Assembly (NCBI GenBank): GCA_040285855.1
Contig: JAUFOQ010000010.1
Coordinates: 186,001 to 250,000, forward strand
Direction: 5' to 3'
DNA length: 64,000 nt
From: Eukaryota sp. GEM-RC1
Lineage: Eukaryota
Within the stretch, counting starts at the first letter, position 1, and each line of letters begins with the position of its first letter. Positions 48,853-61,728 of this stretch are shown piece by piece. The notes under the pieces are model-generated. The model ran no database searches and was not told the DNA's origin. It worked only from the letters and a program-made list of their open reading frames with translations. Both the position numbers and the translations under genes were made by a program.

Positions 48853-51800
48853 TTAAATGTTAGCTAAGGAGTAACATACCGCTGAGCTTTTGGCAACATC
48901 AGAATCAATCACAGCCTTATTAAGTCCTTCTACAACATCATCAGATAGATTACAGTCATTGAAGTCAATAGAAGTCAAAGTATTATTAATCCTAATGAAA
49001 TTGCACAAAACAGTGACTGACTCATCAGTAAAACTACAGTTTTTAATAGTAAGCTCTTTGATATTAAAACACCTCAACAAAGACCGTAGAGATGAAACTT
49101 CTTCAACAGTGAGATGAGTGCAGCTTTCTGGTAAATAACGGAAGACACCATGTTCAATATTAATACTATGAGGAGCCACATCAACATCAATAACTGATCT
49201 ATTAATAGAAAGAATTTGAAATAATGTAGCAAGCCCTCTTAGACTTGGACTTTTCAATCGACAACATTCAACACGTTTAATAGGTAGATTTGATTTCAGA
49301 GCGTCCAAAAGTGAATTCAAATCTCGATTTGAAATCCAATGGTTGTACGTAATCAACTTAGAATCAAAGTTGATTATAAAAACATCAAGACTTATAGACT
49401 TAATAGATTGGTGAGTTGCAAACAAGTCAAAAAGAGTGATAAGACTTTTGAGGTGACTGTCACTGCTGATATTAAAAGCAGTATTTGATGTTGATCCATA
49501 TTCATTAGAAAATTTACAACGTGAAAAGTCAACAGAAGTCAATAACTTACTATTGCTCAATAAATGTCTCAACACAGTGATAACATTGTCCGGGAAGTAG
49601 CATTCAAACAGAAAAAGCTTGTTAATGCCAAAATATTCCAACAGCCAACTTAGAACTGAGACGTTTACAGGATTGTGTTCGGTACTGTGAGCTAAAAACC
49701 AAAAAACATCAGTGTAAACCTTGAAAAAATGAGAAATGTCAAGCTCAATCACAGATTTGTTAAGAGAAAGAATTTCAAATATAAGTGGAAGTTCTTCAAA
49801 ACTTGGATTTTGCAACCCACTGAATAAAACACGTTTAATTGGAACATTGGACTTTAAAGCAGTTAAAAGAGTAAGAAGATCATTGACATCAATATTGGTT
49901 TGATAGTCAATAGAACAAGAAGATAAATCAATAATATGAGGGGAAACGTCGAGGTCTATCAGTGACTGATTAATAGAAAGAATTTCAAATATAATAATAA
50001 GATCTTCTAGATTTGGGCTTCTCAATCCAAGACATTCAACACGTTGAATTGGGACTTTTGATTTTAAAACACTTAACAGTACGACTAAATCACAGTTGTC
50101 TATGTGATTTTCAAAACGAATAAAACCACGAGAAAAATCTATGAAATGAGGAGAGATTTTAAAATTTGGAGTTACGTTGTCAATTAAAACCAATTCAAAA
50201 ATAGTCAAAATAGTATTGAATCCAATGTTAAGATTTGTAAGATTTACCATTTTTAAACAAGAAATGATCTAATTAATTTGGAATATTCGTCATCAAGCAC
50301 TGGGTACTGTACATTCAAGTCTTGATGACGTTTACAAACGGATTGGATCACTGAATGACTAAGACTAAAGTCAACAGAAGTCAACGATGGATTACATTGG
50401 AAGAATTCACTGAAGTTAACAATCGAATTGTCATCAAAATTACATCGTTTAAGTGATAGTTCTTTGATAGTTGAACATTGAAAAAGTGTTCGAAGAGACG
50501 AAACGTCTTCGTGAGATACCAGTGTAACACTTTCAGGAGAAAAACAAAAAACTCCATCATCAATGTCAATAGAATGAGGAGAAATATCAAGATCTATCAC
50601 TGATTTGTTAATGGAAAGAATTTCAAATAAAGTAATAAGTGCTTTTAGACTTGGACTTTTCAATCCACGACATTCCACGCTTTTAATAAGAACATTTGAT
50701 TTTAAAGCATTTAAAAGTACAAGTAAATCAGAGTTCTTGACATGGTTTTCATAATGAATACGACCAATTGAAAACTCAAAAGAATGAGGAGAAATTTCAA
50801 TATTTGGAGTAAATTGGTTAGTTGAAATGAGTTCAAAAATGTTCAATAGACTAGTGAGACTAATGTCAGTATAACTGAGGTTGATCTTTTTTAAACAAGA
50901 TATGGTCTGCAGGGCATATAGAATACTCCTAATATTACTACCAAGATGACAAAAACTGAAGTCAACGGAAGTCAATGAGAGATTATCCCTGATGAAATCC
51001 CTCAAAATAGTGATGGTTTCGTCAGTAAAACTACACCTTCTTAGGACCAACTCTTTGACATTGAAACCCTTCAGAGAACGATGCAGATAAAATGTTTCAT
51101 CAACAGAGATTTGAGTAAGACTTTCTGGTGAAAAACAAAATACACCATTGTCAACGTCAACAATATGAGAAGTTGAATCAAAATCTATCACATATTTGTT
51201 AACAGTAAGAAATTCAAATAATGCAATGAGTCCCTGTAGATTTGTATTTCTCAGTACACGAGAATCAACACGTTTAATAATAACATTTGATTCTAATGCA
51301 TTTAAAACAGAAAACAGCTCGTTACCTTTAACTGTACTGTACCGTGATAAGCCGATGGAAAAATCAAAATTTGCACCTGATTTGCTGAATGAAAAAATTT
51401 CAAATAGAGTAACAAGTCCTTCTAGATTTGGACTTGACCAGCCAAAACAGTTAAAAAGTTTAATGGGAATATTTGCTTTTACAGCTTTTAAAATTGAAAT
51501 TAAATCACCATTTTCCGCTGTACTTCGATATCGAATGATTCCTTTTTTAACGTCAATAAAGTGAGGAGAAACGTCAATATTAATCACTGATTTGTTAATT
51601 GAAAGAATTTCAAATAGATCCAAAATTCCTTTTAAAGTTGGACTTTGTAATCCACAACATTCAACACGTTTAATAGGAAGACTGGATTTCAAAGCTTCCA
51701 AAAGCGAAAGTAGGTCATGATCATCGATCTCCAACGCATAATTAAGAGAACACTGAGGAACATCAATTGAGTGTGGGGAAATTTTAATATTTGACAATAA

Positions 51801-54328
51801 TTTGCCCACCGAAGCCAATTCAAATATGGTCAATAGACTTGCAAGTTTAATGGAGTTACCACTTAGATTCACCTTCTGGACAGGATTTCTTGGATTAAAC
51901 TGGAGTGCAGAGATGATCTTCAACAACCTGACATCACAAAAGTTACAGTCACTGAAGTCAACAGAAGTCAATTCAGTATTGTCCTTAATTAAATCACACA
52001 GAACAGTGAGTGCTTCATCAGTAAATAAACACCGTTTGAGACTCAGCTCTTTGATATTGGAACACTGCAAAGATCGCAAAGATGAGACTTCTTCAGCAGT
52101 TATTTGAATAAATCTTGTTGGTGAAAACAGAATTCACCACTTTCAATGTCAAAAGAATGAGGAAATACTGTAATATGTGGGGTTAACTTATCAGCTGAAA
52201 CCAGTTCAAACAACATCAAAAGACTTGTGAGACCAATGTTAGTTTCACTGAGATTGATACTCTTGATGTAAGAATTAGTCTGCAATGCATCTATAATATC
52301 TTTGGGATCATCACCAAGATGACAAAAATTGAAGTCAACGGAAGTCAATGAGAGATTGGCATTGATTAGATCACCTAATACGTTGTTGGGAAAACAACAT
52401 CCTTTTAGTACAAATTCTTTGATATTGAAACTATCCAACAAATGATGCAAAGATGAGACTTCTTCAGCAGTTATTGTAGTGAAATTTTGTGGTGAAAAAT
52501 AAAACAAACCTCTTTCTACGTCAATAAAATGAGGCGAAATATCAATATCCATAATTGAGTTTTTAATGTACAAAATTTCAAAAGAGAAAGAATTTCTTCT
52601 AGACTTAGACTTCGCAATCCATAACATTCGACACGTTTAATAGGAATATTTGATTTAAGAGCTTTTAATAGTGACATCAGATCAGAGAAGTCGACATGAT
52701 GTTCATAACGAATATAACCAGAAGAAAGGTCAATGTAATGATGAGAGATTGGAATGTTGTCTATCACCAAAATACCAATGGAAAGAAGTTGAAATAGAGA
52801 AATAAGTCCTTCTAGATTCGCACTTCCCAAGCCACAACATTCAACACGTTTAATGGGGATAGTGGACTTTGAAGCATTCAAAAGGGAATTTAAATCATTG
52901 TTATCAACTTTAGCTTCATACCGAATTAAACCATGAGTAACATCAATTACATGAGAATGATCAATTACTGGTATCAACGTGTCACTCAATACTGCTTCAA
53001 AAACCAACATTAAACAACTTAAATCCAAAAATGGAAAGCAAACTTTCTTTACTGAAACCCTTCTAAGTCCTTGTAGAAATGTCTTCAACTGAGAGGAACT
53101 GAATCTTCTTCCCTCGAGATTCAAGACAAGCAAACTACTGTTAATTTGTAACATGTTTGTTAATGATTGAACATCTTGATCACTAAGACATTTTCTGTGT
53201 GAATGTGATTTGGAACTGGTAACTATTAGTTCTACCAAGGAAGTGTTTAATTCAAGAGATTTACAAATTGGTGAAAACGAAAAGAATCCTTCAGTGATTA
53301 CAAGTTTTTTCAAACAATAATTAAATTGCCAAAGCTATGGCACCTTCCCAATCGATATGGTTCGACGCCAGATCTACAGATGTCAATGTATTATTGACTT
53401 TCAACGCCTCTGCCAAAGTTATGGCACCTTCGGATTCAATAAAGTTATAACTTAACTCAATGCTTATCAATGTATTATTGACTTTCAACGCCTCTGCCAA
53501 AGCTGTGGCGCCTTCGCTTTCAATAAAGTTATCATGGAAGACAACACTTGTAACTGTGGTATTGACTTTCAACGCCTCTGCCAAAGCTATGGCACCTTCA
53601 GCTTTATAATCGCTTTCACCTATATCAACACGTGTAACTGTGGTATTGACTTTTAACAATTCGAACAATTCCATAGCAATAGTTCGCGAAACATATACAT
53701 GAAGTTGTGTAAGACGTGGAAAGTAAATGGAAGATTTGTTCAAAAACTCCAAGTCATTGTGGTTAAATATATGCAATTCCAATCCTGAAATTATATGAGA
53801 AATTTCGAGAAATTTTTCAACATTAAAAGACGCTCTTAGAACGTGCAAGAATACAGACTGTACATCTGTTCCAAAGAAAGAAGACAATAAAAAAAGTTGA
53901 GGAAGATTTTGTGAAACGACAGAAAACGTGTTTGTTTGGAAAAACACCTTGGTTGTAAGAAGAGCAGATTCAAAGAAATGATGGCTTACATAGCCAACTT
54001 TCTTGAAGAATGTAGGTAAATCTCTCTTTAAACTAACGAGAGAAAAACGAGGTTCATTATGATTCTCCTCCATAGAAGTCGTTAGAAGTCGTCGTAACAG
54101 GTGAAGATTGATCAAAATCAACAGAGATTGCTGAAAATAGAGGGACCTTTCGCTCTTGTCAGGACATTCCGTGGTAGAGTGAGTGGATGGTGGAGGAAGA
54201 GAAGATGAAGACTCCCCATTGGAGAGTGTACACTGATGTCGAGCTTGGAGCGACGTAGAGGATTTCGCGTTGTCAAGAGAGTTATTTGGGTTTGTCATGA
54301 AGTGTAAAAGTAAAGTCAATGAATGCAC
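48853..54328 (-). CDS. Large leucine-rich-repeat protein (RI/NLRC3-type LRRs plus lineage-specific repeats), broken into five ORFs
   Basis: 28-aa LRRs GAIALAEALKVNTTVTSV..N.I, followed by many LL.ALKSN.PIKRVEC.GL.SP.L.GL..LFEILSINKSVID.D.SPH.ID units. Confidence 0.85.
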
Positions 54329-55049
54329 TTGAGTGAACTTTCATAGTTACTCTATCATCACTCTGTCCATCTGTCCATCATTTCCGTCTAAACTACTCTA
54401 AGCATATACTTCCTATTTTCTTTCATCATAAACATCGTCCTCATCTCATTCGATGTCATCCCAATCGTTAAGCATAACAAGTTCTTACACAGGCTCAAAT
54501 TTGGCTAGTCATTCATCAACATCACACTTCCTATTCTTCTTTCTCTCACTATTCAAACAAAATATCAAACGAACTACCCAATTCCGACAAGTTGTTACCA
54601 CCACAAAATGGAATCTTTAGATCAATACATTGGCTTAAACAGCGAAAAGGCATATATTGTCTTCCACAATTTTTCAAACAAATTCCGAAGCTCTATATAT
54701 GATAGAAACCTCTTTGCTTTGGGAACACATCATCACGCTGGATATTATGTAACGGTGTTGTTGTGTGAACGAAAACACCTTGTAATAGTTGTTTATGTCC
54801 GGTATAAGTGACAACAACGTCAGTTGGGCGAATCTTGCTAATATAAATTGAATAAGTGTGAAGTGGAGTCTACAAGTGGGTTGAGTTGGAGTGAAGTGCC
54901 CCTGTGAACTAGGAGTGAAATCGAGTTGGAATTTTCCATCTCTGTCAATTGTGATCGATAGCAATAAAATTGGTACATTTCCTGACAGTTTTTCTTAGGA
55001 AATGGACAAACACAGTTAGATTGACGACATTTACAAAACGTGTTTTATT

Positions 55050-55570
55050 TAAGCGTTATAGTGATGATATTATTACTAATTCTCGACGAGGTGATCTCAT
55101 TGTTCCACATCTTGCTTCTTGTCAAGCAGTGATAGATTTTTACTGCTGTTGATCCATGTGCAAATGTATTTTTGAATTCAGTTTTGAGTGACACTGAAAA
55201 TCATTTATCCAAAGCGGAAAAAGAAAGGTTGAGACATATTCTGGCACAATGAACAAACTGAATTCCAATGTGTATTCTTCTTTTAAGCTCATTCCTTTTG
55301 CTATTTCAATTCGTGGTCATATTGGAAGTGCTGCCGAAAATTTCTTTGATGCCTTTTCAAAGTTGTGCCGTGACAATAAGAAAAATTGTAATCAGTCTCT
55401 TTGGTGCAATCGCATTGTTTTTTCCTTATATAGAAGTTTCCCAAAGTATTTGAATCGTATTCTGTACAAATTGTATCGTGTTAGTTCAAGAGTAGATGTG
55501 GTTCATTTAATATCTTTTAAGTAATGTACTACTAGTAGTAGTTTGTATTTCGATAATTTTTAACATAAAA
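55050..55570 (+). mobile_element. 5'-truncated CRE-B copy
   Basis: Similar to the reverse complement of 8330-8835 (NSRRGDLIVP..VDVVHLISFK*). Confidence 0.85.
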
Positions 55571-55590
55571 CCAATGTTATTTGTTTCATA

Positions 55591-56164
55591 TCGTAGGTGT
55601 CCCAATACAAGCAAGTAAAAGTGTTTGCTTGTATTATTCTCTATACACTGGATGTTGGCCGAGTTAGACTTCAATACAAAGTGTTTTAAAACGAATTTAC
55701 AACACATGGAGCTATGGACGAACTTCATAGTGTCCACTTGGGCGCCTACTATTGTTGCGTATTTTTGCCCGAAGATCTCGATGGAGCTATTGTATTGTTT
55801 GAGATTTTTAATATCAGAAGGACAAAAGGGACATATCGAAATTCAATTTATGAAACAATAGGCATCAGAATCACTGTCAATAGAACTTTGCTCCTATACA
55901 GACAAGTATTGTGTACTTGTAGAACAAATTCAAATACTGTTATCAAAGGTTGTGACACATTTATGTATTGTTATAAATACTTGTAAGATCTTGCAATCAT
56001 GACAGTACAATGTGCATTTGACATTACGAAATAGGGTATGTGGTCCTGTAATATATTTAAACCAAAGGTATCGCCACGTCATCGTATAATAGGGTCCCAA
56101 TACAAGCAAGAAAATGTGTTTGCTTGTATAAGATATAAAGTTGCTTGTATTGGGACACCTACGA
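55591..56164. mobile_element. MITE (574 bp) with perfect 24-bp TIRs and TA TSD (Tc1/mariner/pogo type)
   Basis: TA|TCGTAGGTGTCCCAATACAAGCAA...TTGCTTGTATTGGGACACCTACGA|TA. Confidence 0.9.
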
Positions 56165-56941
56165 TATATGTTTTCTATTAATTATTTGTATTTGTCTTTT
56201 ATAGAACTGATATAGTAAGATTAGAACAAAAACTAGAACTTAATATAACATTCATTGGAACGGATAACTAAAAAGCTGAAAAGTTAAAACATTCCAAGTA
56301 TGACTCTCAAGTCAAAGAATTAAATGGAAGATAAAAAAACGAATTATTTATTCTAAATGTAATAGACAATAACACTACAGTGTATGGAAGATGGAATTTT
56401 CAAATTTGTATTTCATCCTTTTACTGTTTGTCTTTTTGAATTGAATAGTTCTACAGGTGAACATTTTTAAAGAATTTTGAAGAGCTGTACAGAACAGAAG
56501 GATCATCTTACAGAGAGCACGCGTCACCATCACGTCATCAAAATAATCACGTGACCAATAATCATGATCGAGTAACCTCTGTATCGCTAGAAACACCTTT
56601 CGTGTATTTAACATGTAGACAAATTTGCAATTCCCACAAAACTGTGCAATGCTTAAAAGAATCTAGTAGATTTTTAAAAAAGAAATTGAATATTGTTTAT
56701 TGAGAATGTTGTTCATTGAAGAAGTAAGAAGGGGTTGCAATACAAAGATGACCAATTGTGGAATCCAATCCTCAATCACTTAGATACTGAGGAAACACGA
56801 CGTGACAACGGCAGAATGAACGTGATCTTATCATCGTCTAACATGAACTACACGGTCTGACAGTAAGACAGATGATGAAAGTCCAATCGACTCGACTTCG
56901 AACTTTCATGATTTTAGAGCCACACTTCATCACATTCATCG

Positions 56942-58009
56942 ATGAAAGTTCTCCTTCTGGTTATTTCCCTTGTAGGATTGGCTTTGACAGACGAGCTATC
57001 CGATAGACATCAGTTTTCCCGTTTCCTCGACCAACATCATAGATTATACGCTGATCATGAAGTTGAATATCGCTTTCGTATCTTCCAACAAAATCTTCGT
57101 ATCATTGAACAACTAAATGAAGAAAATCCCTATGCAACCTTTGATGTCACTGAATATGCAGATCTGTCATCTGAAGAATTCATTACTTTGAAGACTTCGT
57201 TCAATATGGGTGCTCTGGAAGATGAAGAACGTCGTCTTCCTCGTGTTGATTTGCTTAAAAATGGAGATCCTCCACATGAATTATCTTGGGTTGCACAAAA
57301 CAAAATATCTCCTGTAGTTAACCAGGGATCTTGTGGTATGTACAGCATAATGTTATAATTGTAGGTTCCTGTTGGGCATTTTCCGCGGCTGAAGCTGTTA
57401 CCTCCGTCATGGCTGTCCAACGTAACCTGCTTGTTACCCAGGCGTCTCCACAAGAGTTTGTTGACTGTGATCGTCTGTCCAATGGTTGCAATGGTGGGTT
57501 GCCTCATCAAGCCTTCCAGTATATGATTAATAGAGACAGACAAGTTGCTAGGGAAGGTGAATACCCTTATCGAGGGTTCTTGTAGAGCCAACGAAGTTCG
57601 AGGGCTGTTGGGGATCGCAGATTACGGTTATGTCAGTGGAAGAAGTACATCTCCAGCATGGGATCATCATATGATCAACGCTTGTTACGCTTATGGTGCG
57701 CTTTCTGTCGGTGTTAATTCTAGAGCTGTATGAACATTGTCAAACTCTCTCTGATTGTAGTTGCAACATTATACAAGTGGAGTTATCACTAGGGCTTCAT
57801 CTTGTGCTGGTCGTGCCGACCACGCTGTTAACATTGTTGGTTATGCCACTGACTCTCGTGCAGGTAAGTATTGGCTTGTAAGAAACAGCTGGGGTAGTTC
57901 TTGGGGTGAACGTGGTTATGTAAGAATTGCTCGTGGAGGTGGAAGAGAAGGTATTTGCAAGATCAACACTTATGTTGTAGCTGCTTGTGCATTTTCTGGT
58001 TGTAACTAG
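56942..58009 (+). CDS. Papain-family (C1A, cathepsin L/F-like) cysteine protease with an I29 propeptide; introns at 57336-57364 and 57728-57760; frameshift near 57575
   Basis: Signal peptide, ERFNIN-like EVEYRFRIFQQN, NQGSCGSCWAFS, GCNGG, DHAV, WLVRNSWGSSWGERGY. Confidence 0.95.
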
Positions 58010-58619
58010 AATTTTTGAGTTCGTAATTGAACATTTGTAGATTTGATATTTTCTCTGAGTTTTGTGATGCAATTTTGACTTTGCATCACATGATGTACAC
58101 GTAAAACCTAAAACTAACGCTCAATTATCCAATATCATTAAAGTCCAATTTCCTATTTCGAAATTCTCACCACTGAGGAATGGGAATGTGTCTGTGCGAC
58201 GGGGAACGTTGCCATCATCAATATCATCAATATCAAGATTTGACTTGGATTCAGATTTGACTTGAAGGTTGAGACACTTTTTTCCGAAATCAAACTTGCA
58301 GTTGGAACGACTCGCTATTCTTTATCCATTAGCCAAATGGAAGCTCCACTTTGGTTGCATTACAACTGAAGTCTCTGGGATGTTGGAACTGTTCGTAAAG
58401 CTTGTGCTGGGAATTGGTCCCTAGAAGATGAGCTTGTTGAATTAAATTAATCAATGTAAATCTAAATACATCTTTAGTTTCATTTTCTGAATTAGTATGT
58501 ATTAAATTATTGTTGCAAATAGACTCTTCATCAGTTTTAGTTTTTTGTTTTATCAATTTTAGAAGTAGATCATGATAAAGCTACTTCTTTTACCAGGTTT
58601 GAAACAAATATGATGAATC

Positions 58620-58975
58620 ATTGACTGCTTTCAAACATATTAGACATGTTGAGTGCAAATAATGTCCTTTTGCAATTTCAATTTATGGTCGACTTGATGG
58701 AGATGCTCTTTGTTTTCTCTCTGATTTTGAGAAAGTGGTCAAAAAAAGAATGAACAAGAAATTTGATTTCAAATTTTGGTTGAATCGTATTGTTTTTACA
58801 ATATTTAAAACAATTCATATCGATTTCAAAAGCTCTATTAGCTCTCAGTGTTTTTTATGAAGAAAAAGCTGATGTGAGTTTTAATGGCAATGATTGTTGC
58901 TTTAATGATATTGAGTTCTAGTATTTGTCACTATTTTAGTGTTGTTGTTCCATAAAAGAAGTTCATTAAAAATAA
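58620..58975 (+). mobile_element. CRE 3' fragment
   Basis: Paralogue of 11370-11720. Confidence 0.8.
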
Positions 58976-58982
58976 ATCCTTT

Positions 58983-59530
58983 GCCAGGTTTAACTATATT
59001 GGCAATATTGGCCAATATTTTAGTCGATACCACTATTAATTGGAAGGTCAAAAACCAATACCACTATATTACAATACAATATTACTGAGCCCTGAATATA
59101 GCCCATATAGTAGACGCACGATCTATTTCCCTCAATATAGTGACACCCTCTATATAGTGACTGCCGTTGGGGTGTCACTATTCAGAAGGTAGACTGTACG
59201 AAGCGGTTGAGTGTACAATGTTCACTGACCAAAAATTAGTGTTAATAAATGATTTTGTTTTTTTATACCTGAATTGTAATTATTGTATTAGTAAATGTAA
59301 TAGATCAAACAACCATAACATATGATCAAAACGTTTGTTCATCCTATTATTTTACGATTTTTCCTAAACGTCCGAGAATTGAAACAGCAAAAATGCATAA
59401 TTCGTATTCAACATGTTTAAGATCACTGACCATGAGACTCGACTTGACTACTAAAAGCGGAGTCGACTGAACTAATTAGTCGAGTTGAGGCCAAGTCTGG
59501 TCAACTAGTCGAGTCGATTGCCCATCTCCA
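58983..59530. mobile_element. Cluster of isolated DNA-transposon ends (hAT-like and Tc1/pogo-like) and a CRE-A scrap
   Basis: ...GAGCCCTG with AATAT repeats; ...GGTAGACTG|TA with TAGTGAC repeats; GACTCGAC repeats ending TTGCCCATCTCCA. Confidence 0.5.
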
Positions 59531-59539
59531 ATCTACAGC

Positions 59540-59950
59540 TCCTTCAATCACTTTGAATTTTTGTCGATCTTTTAACGAGTTGAGGATTTAATTTTTTTGC
59601 TTCATTGTTAGAAGTTGATTCAACGTTACTTGGAAGTCATTTGTTTACTGCTGCTCATTTTGGTGGTGTTCGTTTTACCAAATCGTCCATTCTTTGCAAA
59701 CCTGCTTTTTAGGGGGCGGAAAAAATTTCATTTTTGAATTTGCTAATCGATTTCCTAATGATATTTCACTTATTAACCCCAATTCATGTAAATATTTATT
59801 TGACTTAAACGAAGCGTTGATCATGTTACCTTTTGAAGTTTGGTCTCAGTGTTTCGCAGAATCTGTGTCTGAAATACCTGACAGATGTTTGACTAATCTT
59901 CATTTCTGTCTTAATAAAGTAAAGTTCAAGGTTGTACTTAAAACTTTGTA
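59540..59950 (+). mobile_element. CRE post-RT fragment
   Basis: FCRSFN..HFGGV.F..FLGGGKNFIFEF. Confidence 0.75.
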
Positions 59951-60298
59951 AGAATGTAAAGAAAAAACAACCCCAATTTGTGTTCTCAGATTTTTTAAAT
60001 TACTAAAATAACAAATGGGGTTTCTGTTTTCAAATGTTCGATTCCAGTTTACGTCACTTTTAAGAAGAGTAAGTAGACACCTTCCAAATTGGAAAGTTGA
60101 CTTTGACCTCAATTGGTCAACCGTCTATAGATACAATTTGTGGTTCGATTAATACTATGTGTCACAAAAGAAATTAGTCCAGTAATAAAGTGTGGAAAAC
60201 AGTAAAACAAATTGATCTAACATTCCAATTTAATTTAATGATCCGCAAATTAAATAAACTTCTAATCTATTTCAACTTTTCCCATCAACCAACAGATC

Positions 60299-61672
60299 TT
60301 ACTGAACGTCATCGTTCAACTTGCTGAAAACATATTCTACTAAATCTTCCACTAAAACATCTTCCTGAACTTCTGCAGCGATTGTCTTAACAGCAACACA
60401 GCCACGTGACAGCTCATCCTCGCCAATCAAAATTACTAGGGGAATATGATTTGTCTTAAAGAACTTGGTCTGATCATCCCATCTGTGCTTTTCTTTTGGA
60501 GAGTAAACTGCAGATATATCATTCTGCCATAACAGGGTAGCAATCTTAATTCTTTCCAACAGATATTGTCTTCCTTGTGACGCTTGTGGAGACCCAACAT
60601 AAACACTAACTAGAGGAGTTTTGTCTTCCAACCGACTTTTCTTATACAACTCCTTTTTCAAATCAAAGATTCGTTCAATTCCAATGGACATGCCCACTGC
60701 AGGTATTATCCTTGGATTTCTAAAGAAAGAGCCCAATAAGTGGTCATAACGACCTCCTCCAGCAATAGAACCTCCGCTGTACTTACCTTTTTCGTCAAGG
60801 AGCTTAGCTTCTACTACAATTCCAGTGTAGTAGTCAAGGCCTCTGGCAAGAGACAAATCAAAGAAAATATTTTCCGAAACACCAGGTAATAGGTCAAAAA
60901 TTTCAAAAAGCAGCTCTAAATCACGTATTGCTGACTCAGCATGCTCAGCCAATGGTGATTGCTTAATATCATTCAACAATTGATTATAATCAGTGCTTTT
61001 CATCTCCACAAACTGATGTAAACAATCAACTTTCTCTTCTTCAATTCCCTTCACATTAACAAGTTCTGCTCTAACATCATCCCACTTAAGCTTGTCTAGC
61101 TTGTCAATGGATGAGCAAACTGTCTTAAACATTTCTTCAGGAATTCCGGCAACTTTGAACATACCATCAAGTAGTCCTCGATGATTTAAAGAGATTTGGA
61201 AGTCCCCCACTTCGAGGGCAGATAACACTTCAGCCATTACAGAGACAACTTCCGAATCAGCGACCATGGGGGCGTATGTACCAGAAATGTCAAAGTCACA
61301 CTGGTAAAACTCCCTAAAGCGACCATCACCAGGTTGATCACGTCGGTAGACTTTGCCAATGTGGTAACGTTTGATATTAGTATTATTGCCACAGTTTGTA
61401 GCTATGAACCGGGCAAAGGGAACTGTGAGGTCGTAGCGAAGGCAACAGAGTTCGCCACCTTGATCAGCGAGGTCATACACGAGTTTTTGTTCCTCACCGT
61501 ACTTTCCCATGAGCACATCACGGAGTTCGAACACGGGTGTATCGATGGTTCCAGCGCCATGTCTGTGAAAGATGTGTTTGATTGTGTTGAACACTTTTTC
61601 ACGCAGTCTCATCTCAGCAATACCAAAGTCATGGGTTCCCTTAGGAGTTTTAACGTCTGCTCTTGGAGGCAT
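60299..61672 (-). CDS. HARS1: Histidyl-tRNA synthetase (eukaryotic cytosolic type)
   Basis: KTPKGTHD, LRYDLTVPFAR, KVYRRD, GRFREFYQCDFD, LARGLDYYTG, GGGRYD, SIGIER. Confidence 0.97.
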   Translation of the reverse strand: MPPRADVKTPKGTHDFGIAEMRLREKVFNTIKHIFHRHGAGTIDTPVFELRDVLMGKYGEEQKLVYDLADQGGELCCLRYDLTVPFARFIATNCGNNTNIKRYHIGKVYRRDQPGDGRFREFYQCDFDISGTYAPMVADSEVVSVMAEVLSALEVGDFQISLNHRGLLDGMFKVAGIPEEMFKTVCSSIDKLDKLKWDDVRAELVNVKGIEEEKVDCLHQFVEMKSTDYNQLLNDIKQSPLAEHAESAIRDLELLFEIFDLLPGVSENIFFDLSLARGLDYYTGIVVEAKLLDEKGKYSGGSIAGGGRYDHLLGSFFRNPRIIPAVGMSIGIERIFDLKKELYKKSRLEDKTPLVSVYVGSPQASQGRQYLLERIKIATLLWQNDISAVYSPKEKHRWDDQTKFFKTNHIPLVILIGEDELSRGCVAVKTIAAEVQEDVLVEDLVEYVFSKLNDDVQ

Positions 61673-61728
61673 GTTGATGTAGGTAAGATGGAAATTGAAG
61701 AGAGGAGAGTAACTTTCTTGCTAGTGCA

